Origin: Macrostomum hystrix
Lineage: Eukaryota; Animalia; Platyhelminthes
Assembly (NCBI GenBank): GCA_950097015.1
Contig: CATNEN010000003.1
Coordinates: forward strand, 9,424,001-9,488,000
Length of the DNA stretch: 64,000 nucleotides
Direction: 5' to 3'
The notes under the pieces are model-generated. The model did not search any database. It had not been told where the DNA came from and saw only the letters and a list, made by a program, of their open reading frames with translations. Numbering within the stretch: position 1 is the first letter of the stretch; each line of letters opens with the position of its first letter. A program made the position numbers and the translations under genes. Positions 24,516 to 35,565 of the stretch are shown piece after piece.

Positions 24516-25568
24516 ATGGTCCCACCACACGGTCTACAATTGTACACAATCCCTCTGTCGGCTTCAGGCATTGTCCTGAACTGCCTGCTGCTCTCGTTCG
24601 CCATTCGTCACCGTGTTGCATCCAGTTCGGCCACGCTGCTTCTACGCAGTCAAGCAATCATCGACCTGCTCGTTCTGCTGGCAAACATAGTTTTTCTGCA
24701 GGTGCAAGTGGTACCCCGACCATCAGACACTGAGTCTGTGAGTACAGCCTGGCTGCTCTACTGCATCCTGGGCAGCGATAGTACCATTGTAGTTTGGAGT
24801 CTCATCGACTTCAGCATCTACAACACCTTAGCCTTCTCTATCGAGCGCTGTCTGTGCATCTGCTGCAATTTCTGGTGGAGAAGGCACAAGCGAACCTTGC
24901 TAAAAATCTTCTATGCTGGCATCTTGCTGAGCACAAACATTGGCTATGTACCGCAGGCCCTCATAGCGTCCTGGCCGCAGCTTGTTCCAACGGAAAGCAA
25001 CTCCTCGCTGAATGGTAGCAGCGTCAACTTCACCGTCGTCTGTGACAGTCGCGCGCTGATTGCGCCCGAGTCAGCGCTTCGCGTCCTGAGTATAGTCAGC
25101 ATCTCTGTGACCATCGGCATCCCCACAGCCGGCATGCTGTTCTGCTACTCAGCAATCATTATCCAGCTCCGCCGATCCGCTGCAATGTCCAAAACGTCGT
25201 CAAAGAAATCCGACATCGCTTCTAGACGCTTCACGGCCATCGTCGGCCTGACAGTTGCAGCCTTCGTAATGTGCAATCTGCCAGACTGCATTCGCTACAT
25301 GATCTGGAGTCTCGATCCCGAAGCTGTGCACCTGCCCGAAGTGGTGACCGAATTTCTGTTTCCACAGATTTCGACTCTCAATTCGTTGGTGAACCCCGTC
25401 ATCTACCTGTTGTTTCATCGTCAATTTACCCGATTCGCTTTCTGCCAGGCTCGCGCTTGCACCAGCCAGGACAACAACAAGGGCACGCAGCGCGGATGCG
25501 AACCTGCGATAGCTACCTTGAGTAGTAGGGTGACGCAATCGCACTATGAGTTGCAGAGTCCGGTTTGA
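24516..25568 (+). CDS. Intronless orphan class A GPCR (paralogue A), 350 aa
   Basis: Seven hydrophobic segments; GIVLN, QAIID, SIERC, CNLP, NPVIY, HRQF. Confidence 0.9.
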   Translation: MVPPHGLQLYTIPLSASGIVLNCLLLSFAIRHRVASSSATLLLRSQAIIDLLVLLANIVFLQVQVVPRPSDTESVSTAWLLYCILGSDSTIVVWSLIDFSIYNTLAFSIERCLCICCNFWWRRHKRTLLKIFYAGILLSTNIGYVPQALIASWPQLVPTESNSSLNGSSVNFTVVCDSRALIAPESALRVLSIVSISVTIGIPTAGMLFCYSAIIIQLRRSAAMSKTSSKKSDIASRRFTAIVGLTVAAFVMCNLPDCIRYMIWSLDPEAVHLPEVVTEFLFPQISTLNSLVNPVIYLLFHRQFTRFAFCQARACTSQDNNKGTQRGCEPAIATLSSRVTQSHYELQSPV

Positions 25569-26111
25569 GAAGTCGGAATGAAAGCTGTGGTCGAAAAAAA
25601 GATGATGCAAGCTTATTAAACCTTTGATTATTGTGTGAAATGAGAGATGAACAATAGAACAAGTACGTGCAGTCTTCATTTACACGGATATATCTATTGA
25701 AATAACACTGTACCTAATTGGTCCGTCCTCAACAGCAGGAAGTAGGAAGACCGTGGGATATTTCAAATACCCAAATTTTCTTTTTTTGACTATACCAATA
25801 AAAATATTCACAGAAAACTAATAAAATCGAACATAGCATTGTGAGACCTAAATGCCTGTTGTACTCTTGAGTTAATTTAATTTTAATTTTAACAAAATAA
25901 ACACTTGTCTACTTCTGTTGCCTCGTTTATTATTGGTGTCCTACTATTCGGTTATCTAAAAATTTTTCGACTCACTAATTATCGAGCAAAAGTCCATAGA
26001 CTAAACTTTTAACAGTGGGAATTGAAGTTCAAAATAATTTGTTTCCACTTTAGTTTTGGATTCTTTGATGTTGCTGATACTACCCGTTTCGAACAGCCCG
26101 TTTCGTCGGCG

Positions 26112-27272
26112 ATGTCCTCGCGTCAGCAGAAACCGAGTCCCCAGAACGCTGTAGCTGCCGCTACTGAATCTTACGGATCAAGCAGTAATGAGCAAATTGA
26201 AACGACCAACAAAGAATTTGAGCACGAAGACGATAGGGAAAATTTACAGAGAGAAGCCGATCGGCAAATGAAAGATTTGGAAAACTTCGAAGGTGCCAAA
26301 TCACAGTCTCCAAATCGTGGTCCAGTAAAGAACTCTAAAAACAACGCTGACGAAGATGCAGCGGCGACAGCTGTTGATCAGAAGGCCATCGGCCATGCCG
26401 ATGCTGATGACACTGTGAATGCGCTTTCAGATCAACTAAGTGACTCTACTGACGCCTTTAGTGTCATTCCTACCAAGCCAGAGGAAGCCATCGCGGCGAG
26501 CAAGGACATGAAAACTGCAACTGAGAATGACAGTGTTTTAGGAGAGGACGAGCCGTCTGCGTCAGCTGCTGTCAGCGACAGAATCGAGTCAGTATCAACA
26601 GCAGCAGCGGCATTCGATGAATCAGCCGCAGCAACCTCAGAGTCTACCTCAATACCGCCTGAAGATGACACTTCAAGCGAAGAAGTGGACATCGCCGGAG
26701 ACGAACCGATGATCGAAGAAGCCGAGGACGAGAACATTAACGTCGAAGATTTGGCAGAAGACAGCGAGGAAGTTGCTGCTATTCACGAAGATGAACTCGA
26801 AGCCGAAGCTGTGTTCGGCGAAGCCAACATAGCCGTCCGAGATGCAATCAACGCTGCGATCGTCGCTTTAAATGACGACGAAGATGAAGCCTTAGATGGC
26901 GAAGAAAATTTGGAGGACGACAATGACGATGATGATGATGATAGCAGCAGCGAGATACAGATGATGATCCACGGCAGTCCTGCGGTAGCTTCTGTCGAAG
27001 CCAATGCAGCAACGAACCAGTCGCTGTTTCCTCCGTGGAGTTTGTTAACTCAAAACCGCATTCTGGTGAAATCGGCGGTGTCTACAAGTCAGCGTGCCGG
27101 CAATTTCAACAGTGGTCAACGAGGCTATTGGCACAATCAGCTGTTCCAGCGCAACACCCGCCTAATGCGACGTAGATTTCGACGACACTCAACGGAGAAC
27201 GCCACCGCAGCAGCCTCTCGGGCACCAGAAGCAGAATTGTCCAGAGACAAGCCAGTGGTGAGCAGCTGCTAA
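26112..27272 (+). CDS. Hypothetical acidic (D/E/A/S-rich) low-complexity protein; boundaries uncertain
   Basis: Non-repetitive 1.2-kb ORF with coding-like composition. Acceptor-like TTTAG at 26053, ATG at 26112, possible donor GTGAGC near 27258. Confidence 0.6.
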   Translation: MSSRQQKPSPQNAVAAATESYGSSSNEQIETTNKEFEHEDDRENLQREADRQMKDLENFEGAKSQSPNRGPVKNSKNNADEDAAATAVDQKAIGHADADDTVNALSDQLSDSTDAFSVIPTKPEEAIAASKDMKTATENDSVLGEDEPSASAAVSDRIESVSTAAAAFDESAAATSESTSIPPEDDTSSEEVDIAGDEPMIEEAEDENINVEDLAEDSEEVAAIHEDELEAEAVFGEANIAVRDAINAAIVALNDDEDEALDGEENLEDDNDDDDDDSSSEIQMMIHGSPAVASVEANAATNQSLFPPWSLLTQNRILVKSAVSTSQRAGNFNSGQRGYWHNQLFQRNTRLMRRRFRRHSTENATAAASRAPEAELSRDKPVVSSC

Positions 27273-27729
27273 AAACATCATTTAGGGCAGGACAACAGTT
27301 GTGGAATTCTCCGTCTATATTAGCTTCTTTTTATTAAGAACTAAGAACAATAAGAACACTAAGAACACGAGGCGATTTTTCCAACCGGTTTTGTCTCCAT
27401 CCCCCAAAAGTTTTTGCTACGCCATCGAGGGCCACAACCCGTTGAACATCCAGAAGCTCAGCCTAGATGATTGCGAGTATATTCACCAAAATGCATCATT
27501 CAGACACATGCCAAAACTGCAGAACTGAGCTTTCCAGTATCTATCTTGACGTTCGAGACAAGCGGCGACTTAGTAGTATTGTTTTAGAAGGTGCACAATT
27601 AAAAATTTTGTCCATTTTCTAAAACTGTGTTCAGGCGCAGCAAAATAGTTGTCCAATTGGTAACAAAATAAAAATATTTTTTAAGGAGAGTTGCGAGCAA
27701 TGGCACATCATTTCGTAACAATAGACCCG

Positions 27730-27998
27730 CAGCCACACAACACACAACCACACGCTCACACAGGTGTGTACATCTACACTGACTTCTCATCGTCAGGCAG
27801 TGTACATTCTCTCACTGTGCCTTGGAGGTTGGCCCTCATGGGCGAAAATTGCACGACAAAAATTGCACCCTCTAGCCTACTCTCCGCGGTTGCGCCCGAA
27901 ATGAATGTGGCCTCGCCGGGAGTCGAGCTCAGGGACCTTGTTGCGAGAGGCAAACGCGTTAACCGCTCTGCCACCACTCCCCATTGTCTCCTTGGTAA
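27730..27998 (-). mobile_element. tRNA-derived SINE family A copy
   Basis: Minus strand has A box TGGCAGAGCGG, B-box-like AGCTCGACTCC, an internal hairpin and a (TG)-rich tail. Colinear with 61535-61783. Confidence 0.8.
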
Positions 27999-28594
27999 TT
28001 CTAATTTTGCTTTATTATGTTCAGAGCAGCAGCCTATCTAAAATGCAGGTGTTCTCTCGAGTTGACGAGCGGAACTCAATCTCCGTCGGTTCCGGCATCT
28101 GCGCTATGGCTGTGAGCCAACTAGGGGCACAGCAACGACAGTACATGAAGTCTCGAGCTTGCATTTCGCCTAATCTTAGCACAGGAGTGCCCTGCTGTCG
28201 GCGCTCGACACTCGTGCGGGTCTCGCCAGAGATATTCAACAATCGTTTGCCGATGGAGTGCCAACTGGCAGCTAACAGTCTCGAGGCACCCAGGCAGACC
28301 TACCCGAGAAGGCGGAGCAGTATCAAGAGCACGTGGGCTACGTTCAACTACAGAAAGTAACGCTGAAAATACTGTCTTGAGAAACTTAGTTTTTTGTTTA
28401 TTATTTGAACTGCAACAGAAAAAGAAACGACCGCTTCGAAAAATAAAATTCTTAAGTTATTTTAGTCGAAGGAATTATGGTTCTCCCTTTTAAGTTTCAT
28501 GCCTTTGGTGTACAGCGCAATTTATCTGCCTTGAGAAGTGTACTTTGGGATCTAAAGTCAAGGAACTATTACGACATCTTTTGCCGTAGGGATC

Positions 28595-28735
28595 GCTTGT
28601 AGCCCATTGGATCTAGCATGGGACTTCATACGGTAGGTCATGAGTTCGAACCTCAGCCCAGGGGAATCAAATCGTGTCCTTGAGCAAAACATTAAATTCC
28701 ACAGTGCTGTGACTAACCCACTGGCTGTGTATCTG
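28595..28735 (+). mobile_element. Degenerate CORE-type SINE (family B) fragment
   Basis: TAGCCCATTGG ... GAGTTCGAACC, followed by GTGTCCTTGAGCAAAACATTAA. Confidence 0.55.
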
Positions 28736-29699
28736 GTCCAACTGGGCTAGATGCCTTTTACACTATTTCTCTTTTATACAATGTACTATAAATTTCATCT
28801 ATGTAGGATCATATTTCGTATCCACAATGCTATAGAACATTCATACTCGTATGTTAAAATACCTGTGTCATTCTCTATAGACTACAAGCCTAAAGTCCTT
28901 GAAGTATTGATTCATACGGGTATTTACAGGGAAGTATACTATCGCTCAGATCACAAAAATTGTCAATAGAATGTTGCTGTAGGTTTGCCTACAATAATTC
29001 ATTGAAATTTAGTCTGCATCTTTGCGATTTTATACCAAAACGGGCTTTTAGATTTAGCTGGACTTTGACTAAAATATTTGTCACAGTGCTTACAGTACAG
29101 CCAGATACCGTGTTTGGACCCATGGCTACGCAAGTTGGCTGTATGGAGATGAAACCTCGGTCAAAATCCCTAGAGCCAATGCATTTAGATCATTTTATCG
29201 ACTCGGTCGAAACAACCAATCGCTGCTAGAAAAGTTTTCAACGATTGGCTATTGAATTTTTTTGCTTTCACGGAATTATAAATCAGTCGAAGAGCAATGC
29301 AAACGACATTGGAGCCTTGGTACGGGTTCTGGCGCAATAGCAGACAATGGACTGTTCTGCGTAGGCCTTGAACACAATTCAGCTTCCTGTCGCATTATTG
29401 AAGATAATTCCGGACACTTCACTCTTTTTTATTGCTTCCCTTGTGCGTGTGTAGCTTTTCACTGCATGACTCGTTCTACTCCAATCGAGCATTGACATTT
29501 GACAAAGGTGACAGAAGGCTAAAATTTCTCTATTGTCCTGTGCACCTATACAGGTGTGATTCTTTGTCAACGCTTCAATTGTCTGGAAAAATGCGTTTCG
29601 AAACGAAAAGTACTAAAGAACAAATTTTACTTTCAGGCCACAAAAGCTGATCGTCAGAAAACTGGTGCGGCGCATCCATCGAACACTGCGAATTTCACA

Positions 29700-30707
29700 A
29701 TGGCAGACATTGACAAGACACTACGCATGGTGACGGTGCCCCTGTCCTCGATTGGAATCCTGCTGAATTCTCTGCTGCTGATGTTCGCTCTGAGGCACCG
29801 GGTCGCCTCCTCTTCTGCCACCGCTCTGGTCCGCAGTCAGGCCGTGTTTGACTCTCTTGTCCTGATTACCAACATGGCGTTTGTCCAGCTTCAGGTGATA
29901 CCGCGACCCGAAAAACCCGACAGTTTGGGCACTGGCTGGTACATCTACTGCATACTGGGTAACGAAAGTGCTATGCTGTTCTGGTTTCTTGTCGATTGCA
30001 GTATCTACAACACACTGGCTTTCTCCATCGAGCGATGCCTGTGCATCTGCTGCAACTTTTGGTGGCGGCGACATAAGCGAGCCATGGTGAAGCTCTTCTA
30101 CTCCTTCATAGTTCTGAGTAGTTTTGTGGCCTACGTGCCGCTCAACCTGCTGTCTGTCTGGCCGCAGCTGGTGCCTACAGCCGGGGCAACGAACACGAGT
30201 GACTCCTCGGTAGAGGTGACCATCGAGTGCGACAGTCGTGGCCGAGTTCCTGAAGCACTTCTACGAACCCTCAGCGCTGCCAGTAGCAGCGTCACCGTAC
30301 TGGCTCCGACTGTGTGCATGCTGATCTGCTATGCGGTGATCATTTTTCACCTGCGTCGATCTGCCACAATGTCGGCTTCATCCAACAGGTCCGAGGCTGC
30401 TTCGAAAAGGTTCACCGTGATTGTGGGTCTGACGGTTGTCGCCTTCATGATCTGCAACCTGCCGGACACTTTCAACTACATGGCCTGGATGCAGGGCACT
30501 GAATTCGAAGCGCTGCCATTGGTGGTTCAGATTTTTGTGTTTCCGTTCATGTCGGCCATCAATTCGTTGGTGAATCCTTTGATCTACCTGGCTTTTCACC
30601 GCCAGTTCACTCGCTTTGTGTTCTGCAGCTGCGTTGGTGACAAGTGCGAGTCACAGAACTCGGGAACTGCTCGAAACGATCAAAGAACAGGTGACACCAA
30701 CATCTGA
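29700..30707 (+). CDS. Intronless orphan class A GPCR (paralogue B), ~335 aa
   Basis: ATG at 29700; the frame is also open from an acceptor at 29636. GILLN, SIERC, CNLP, NPLIY; clear paralogue of A and C. Confidence 0.9.
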   Translation: MADIDKTLRMVTVPLSSIGILLNSLLLMFALRHRVASSSATALVRSQAVFDSLVLITNMAFVQLQVIPRPEKPDSLGTGWYIYCILGNESAMLFWFLVDCSIYNTLAFSIERCLCICCNFWWRRHKRAMVKLFYSFIVLSSFVAYVPLNLLSVWPQLVPTAGATNTSDSSVEVTIECDSRGRVPEALLRTLSAASSSVTVLAPTVCMLICYAVIIFHLRRSATMSASSNRSEAASKRFTVIVGLTVVAFMICNLPDTFNYMAWMQGTEFEALPLVVQIFVFPFMSAINSLVNPLIYLAFHRQFTRFVFCSCVGDKCESQNSGTARNDQRTGDTNI

Positions 30708-31275
30708 GAGGCCTGCGATTTTGGACTATTTGGACTATTTTTAATACTTTCCAAGACTGAAACTTGGCTAACTACAGAAAGTCCTGTGCGCCTCTCGATC
30801 TGATCTTAGTGAAGTGGCAAGCACTGAAAATTTTCACTTTACTCTGCTTCACTTCGTTTGTTATAGTGAATTTGCTATATTTCAAAAACAGGCAACTGTT
30901 GACCGAGAATTTGTTAATTCAATCTCGTTGTTCCAGTCAGTTTGGCTCAAAATTGAAATACACGAGCTCGTACACTTAAGGTCGAAAAATCACGACACCG
31001 ATGCGTGACAAACGTCCTATTTCGTTAATGCGAAACACGCATCTGCATGACTGCATGTATGTACGTTTTAAATTTAAAATACTAATCAATGGAAATGTAA
31101 TTAAGCGGATTAAAGAAACGTATCGGGTTAATCTTCTTGAGAGAAACTTTTACAATAATTAATCTCGTTAGCGAATTAAGGAAATTTGTACTTCCTTAAA
31201 AAACGAGCAAAAAAAGTAGTTTCATCAAATTAGGATCATCTGTAGACAGGCGCTCTGCAGGTTTTTCTGAGTCCT

Positions 31276-31579
31276 TATAATTGATTACACCCGCCCCAAT
31301 TGGGTCAGATGTGCAGCCGACAGCACAGCCGCAGCTAATGCGCGGCGCATCTGAAGGCTGCGTACAGCTGTTCAGTCCATGGACTGGGGGGACGCCACAC
31401 CCACCTTCAATTATCCCAGCTGATGCTGGTACCCATTTAACAGCTGGGTGAACTGAAGCAATGCAGAGTTAAGTGTCTTGCTAAAGGACACAAATTGTTC
31501 AGGGGAGTCGGGAATCGAACCCCCGACCTTCAAGTCGTGAGTCCGACGCCCTAACCACTAGGCTACAACCTCTACAACC
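31276..31579 (-). mobile_element. Full-length tRNA-derived CORE-type SINE (family B) with 10-bp target site duplication
   Basis: Minus strand has A box TAGCCTAGTGG, B box GGTTCGATTCC and CORE-like TGTGTCCTTTAGCAAGACACTTAAC...CAGCTGTTAAATGGGTACC. Flanked by TCTGAGTCCT at 31266-31275 and 31580-31589. Confidence 0.88.
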
Positions 31580-32533
31580 TCTGAGTCCTACATCGTTACA
31601 TAATTTCAATGTGAACAACTAAAAAAAGTGAGCATTAGTCACTGAGTCCCGAGCCAAGTCGTTTTTTGCTCGCTTTTGGTATCTATAGTCTATGGTCGCG
31701 ATCAACTACGAGAGTCGTGAAAAAAATCGTAATTACAATGCTGCTAAGTAGTTGGTTTTTTCTTGTCTATGGCCACTCTTGCGCTGCTACCGCTTATGGC
31801 CTAGACATCTAAACACTCAAAGCAACTTTTTAAGCCATCGTTTTGCTTATAGTTTTAAACGGATGACTTAATTCAATTGGTTAAAGCGACTTACTCGTTG
31901 TCTCTACCTTAAGTAGCACTTCTTAACAATATTTGAGGCCTCTAATTTTATTTATCTGCAGCGCGGCAGTTCCCTAACTGCAGGTTGAACAATTTTTGCC
32001 TCTGGCATGAAAGAGAACCACTTGCAGGTTCGCAGCAGCACACAACTCTTGAGGATTCGATCTGTTGTTTATGATGAGTTTTTCAAGGAGACATCGCACA
32101 CACTAACTGAAGATTGCAAAATTAGGCTAATGAAAACACCAGAAATGTGTGTATAAGCTTTTGTGTTCCTGTCAAGCACTATTAAACAACACAGGACTCT
32201 ACACTATGTTCAGCCAAAATGAAATATCTCGCAAAGCATGCATTTTATAATTCTAATTATCATTGACACAAAACGATATTTGCAAACGCACTTCAGCATA
32301 GAAAGGATTTTAAACACGCTCAGTGGCATATTGTTTCTTCTTGAGAAGAAACTTTATTTGTCCAGTGTGATGGCTAATGTATTACAGGCTAATACACGTG
32401 TTTAAATATTCAACAGGTTTTGTCTATAACAGACCCGAACAGTTAAAGATCTGTCTTTTTCCAAATCAGTGCCATATTGACTTTTCTTCAAAAGCGTCGT
32501 CCGCTTTTGTTATGAACAAAGGAAAGTTGAAGG

Positions 32534-33553
32534 ATGAAGGACACCAAACAGAGGCTTTGGCTTGTTACTATTCCTTTGTGCTCTGTTGGAATCCTGCTGA
32601 ATGCTCTGCTGCTGATGTTCGCTCTGAGGCACCGGGTGGCCTCTCGTTCTGCCACTGCTCTGGTCCGCAGTCAGGCTGTGCTAGACCTACTGGTCCTGTC
32701 CACCAACATTGTATTCGTCCAACTGGAGCTGGTACCCCAGCCCAGAACATCCGACACTCTACATGTCGGCTGGTACATCTACTGCATACTGTATAGTGCT
32801 ATGCTGTTCTGGTTTCTTGTCGATTGCAGTATCTACAACACACTGGCTTTCTCCATCGAGCGATGCCTGTGCATCTGCTGTAACTTTTGGTGGCGGCGAC
32901 ATAAGCGAGCCATGGTGAAGCTCTTCTACTCCTTCATAGTTCTGAGTAGTTTCGTGGCCTATGTGCCGCTCAACCTGCTGTCTGTCTGGCCGCAGCTGGT
33001 GCCTACAGCCGGGGCAACGAACACGAGTGACTCCTCGGTAGAGGTGACCATCGTGTGCGACAGTCGTGGCCGAGTTCCTGATGTACTTCTAAAGGGTCTC
33101 AGTGCTAGCTTCAACGTCCTGACTGTATTGGCTCCGACTGTGTGCATGCTCATCTGCTATGCGGTGATCATTTTTCACCTGCGTCGATCTGCCACAATGT
33201 CGGCTTCATCCAACAGGTCCGAGGCTGCTTCGAAAAGGTTCACCGTGATTGTGGGTCTGACGGTTGTCGCCTTTATGATCTGCAACCTGCCGGGAACTGT
33301 CATCTACAACGCCTGGGTTCTGGGAGTGGAGGTGTCTTTGTCACAGCTATTTCAATTATTTATATTTCCTTTCTTGTCTGCTTTGAATTCGTTGGTGAAT
33401 CCTTTGATCTACCTGGCTTTTCACCGCCAGTTCACTCGCTTTGTGCTCTGCCGCTTTGGCAGAAGTGATCGAAGCGCGGCAGCGAGTACCGAGTTTTCAG
33501 TGAGCCATAGAGTTGTACAGGAGAATCTGAGAACGGCGGACACATACCTGTGA
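32534..33553 (+). CDS. Intronless orphan class A GPCR (paralogue C), 339 aa
   Basis: Same motifs as A and B; long stretches nearly identical to paralogue B. Confidence 0.92.
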   Translation: MKDTKQRLWLVTIPLCSVGILLNALLLMFALRHRVASRSATALVRSQAVLDLLVLSTNIVFVQLELVPQPRTSDTLHVGWYIYCILYSAMLFWFLVDCSIYNTLAFSIERCLCICCNFWWRRHKRAMVKLFYSFIVLSSFVAYVPLNLLSVWPQLVPTAGATNTSDSSVEVTIVCDSRGRVPDVLLKGLSASFNVLTVLAPTVCMLICYAVIIFHLRRSATMSASSNRSEAASKRFTVIVGLTVVAFMICNLPGTVIYNAWVLGVEVSLSQLFQLFIFPFLSALNSLVNPLIYLAFHRQFTRFVLCRFGRSDRSAAASTEFSVSHRVVQENLRTADTYL

Positions 33554-34519
33554 TGAGTCGGCATGCAATTTTCTAGACTTCTGAAAACTGTAAAACTAAG
33601 TGACCGAAGCAAGCACACCTAGCTAGGAGTAGATCGAATCGACGGGAAATTCACATGTTTCTTAGAAAGAAACGTTAAGCAGTGATACGACAAAAAAATT
33701 TACGAAAATATTGCTTCGTAGATGTTCACTTTTTCATATAAAATTGCTTTCGTTTTTTAACAGATCCAGATCTCGTTTTTATATGCTCCAACTAAGCTTT
33801 ATTTATAAAAAACTATCTAGTGGCAAGTGGCAAGTGCAATCCTCAATTGCGACTCAAAAAATCTTTAAATTTGTATTTTATATAAGCTTCTTTTGTTAGA
33901 TTACTTGAAAATCGAAGCACTGATGCCTCTAGCAGTCAATTGCATGACGTCATCAATTCGTGACCTAGCTAGCATCAAATGGAATTTTAATTTTTTTTGC
34001 ATGCTTCTCAATTGAATAGATGAACTGAATTGAACTGAATGCAATATGATCAATGGTACATGAGGGCTGTAAAGCTGCTAGAAAAACTAAATTGTTCAGA
34101 TCAAAAACAATTTTCAAATCTGCACATGCATTATAGTACTAAGACTTACTTGGGCAATTAGTGGAACATTGCTACAGATAAACTCTATATAATTATATTG
34201 CATCCAGCTAGCTTAGAAATTATAATTCAGAGAGATCTAATTCAGAGCAAAACAAACAAAAATACGCTTAAAAATTGACAGAAAACACGCTTTTTGCACT
34301 ACTATAAGTATATTGTGCAGACTCATTATTTTTTCTATAAAGAAATTACTAACTTTCACAACGACAAAAAAAATGTTTCGTCTTTTTGCTTGTTGCGAAA
34401 TTGTGAAAAAGTTTGTTTTTTTAATTAGAAAATCTAACAAATATATAATTGAAATCGTCAGAATAGGTAGATCTTTTTATTAACTGATTTAATTCTATTT
34501 TTTATTTGATGCCAACGCA

Positions 34520-35345
34520 AACACTTAAATTGTACTTCGTTGAAAAGGTAGGCTGGTTAGACAGTTAGACAGACAGACCAATGTGACAAAAAAAAATATT
34601 TGACTGTGACAAAAAAGAAAAAAACAAAAAGCGAATGGAAGCACAAATCCTGATATGGTCAGGGGACAGCTTTGTCATCATGATGCCCAGATTCCATAGA
34701 AAGTAGCTGATTCCACCCGGAGCATTGCAGATGAAGAAGGCTACAACAGTTAGGCCGACTAGAATTGTGAATTTTTTCGATGCGACGCCATTCTTTTTAG
34801 GCCTTGACGATGACGAATTCGAATTGAAGGTCGATCTGCGAAGCTCGATCATGATGGCAGAATAGCAAACCAGCATGCACAGTATGGGTACGAGTAGTAT
34901 AGTTGTTACACTGCACACTGTAGGGTGTAAAGCAGATTGGCAGAAACAAATTTTCGATTGTCACATTCCACATTCTGCGTCAGCTCAGATGATAATGATG
35001 ATTCATTGCCCAAGCTTTCGTTCAACGCATTGGATGTGAGTCGAGTTAGTCGAGGCCAAATAGTGAGCAGTGTCTGTGGCACGTAACCAAGGCCTAACAC
35101 CAATATCCCAAAGTAGAGCAGCCGCGTCAATAGCTCGCGATGCAGCCGCAGCCAAAAGTTGCAGCAGATGCACAGGCATCGCTCGATAGAGAAAGTCACC
35201 AGATTGTAAGTGCTGAAGTCGATGGACATCCAGGCAAGGATCGTACCTTCTCCGCCAAATATGCAGTAGAAGTACCATCTCGTCCACTTGCCTTCGAAAA
35301 GTAAGCGAGTCTATAGAGAGACTCTGCGACTGCATGACAAACAAA
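34520..35345 (-). pseudogene. Frameshifted, 5'-truncated GPCR pseudogene of the same family (paralogue D)
   Basis: WYFYCIFGG...SIERCLCICCNFW in one frame and VPILCMLVCYSAI...KKFTILVGLTVVAFFICNAP in another (frameshift near 34910). TM1-2 are missing and TM7 is disrupted by an A/T-rich stretch. Confidence 0.85.
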
Positions 35346-35565
35346 AGTGTACATATACAACAATACAATTTCTGCGTGTTTTCAGAACAAAGGCAGAAGA
35401 AATTTCTATAGCTGTTACTGCATGCTCGGTGAGGGCTGTTCTGTAGAACATAAAAAATAACTCAGACGTAAAACATGTAGCCCAATATGTATACTTTTAT
35501 ATACATATATATTAATGTATATAAATTAAAAATATAAATAAATATAAATTAAATATAAATATAAA

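Noticed and set aside
31500-31575. tRNA gene on the minus strand
   Set aside because: A and B boxes are present, but it continues into a CORE-like body and is bounded by a TSD, so it is a SINE head.
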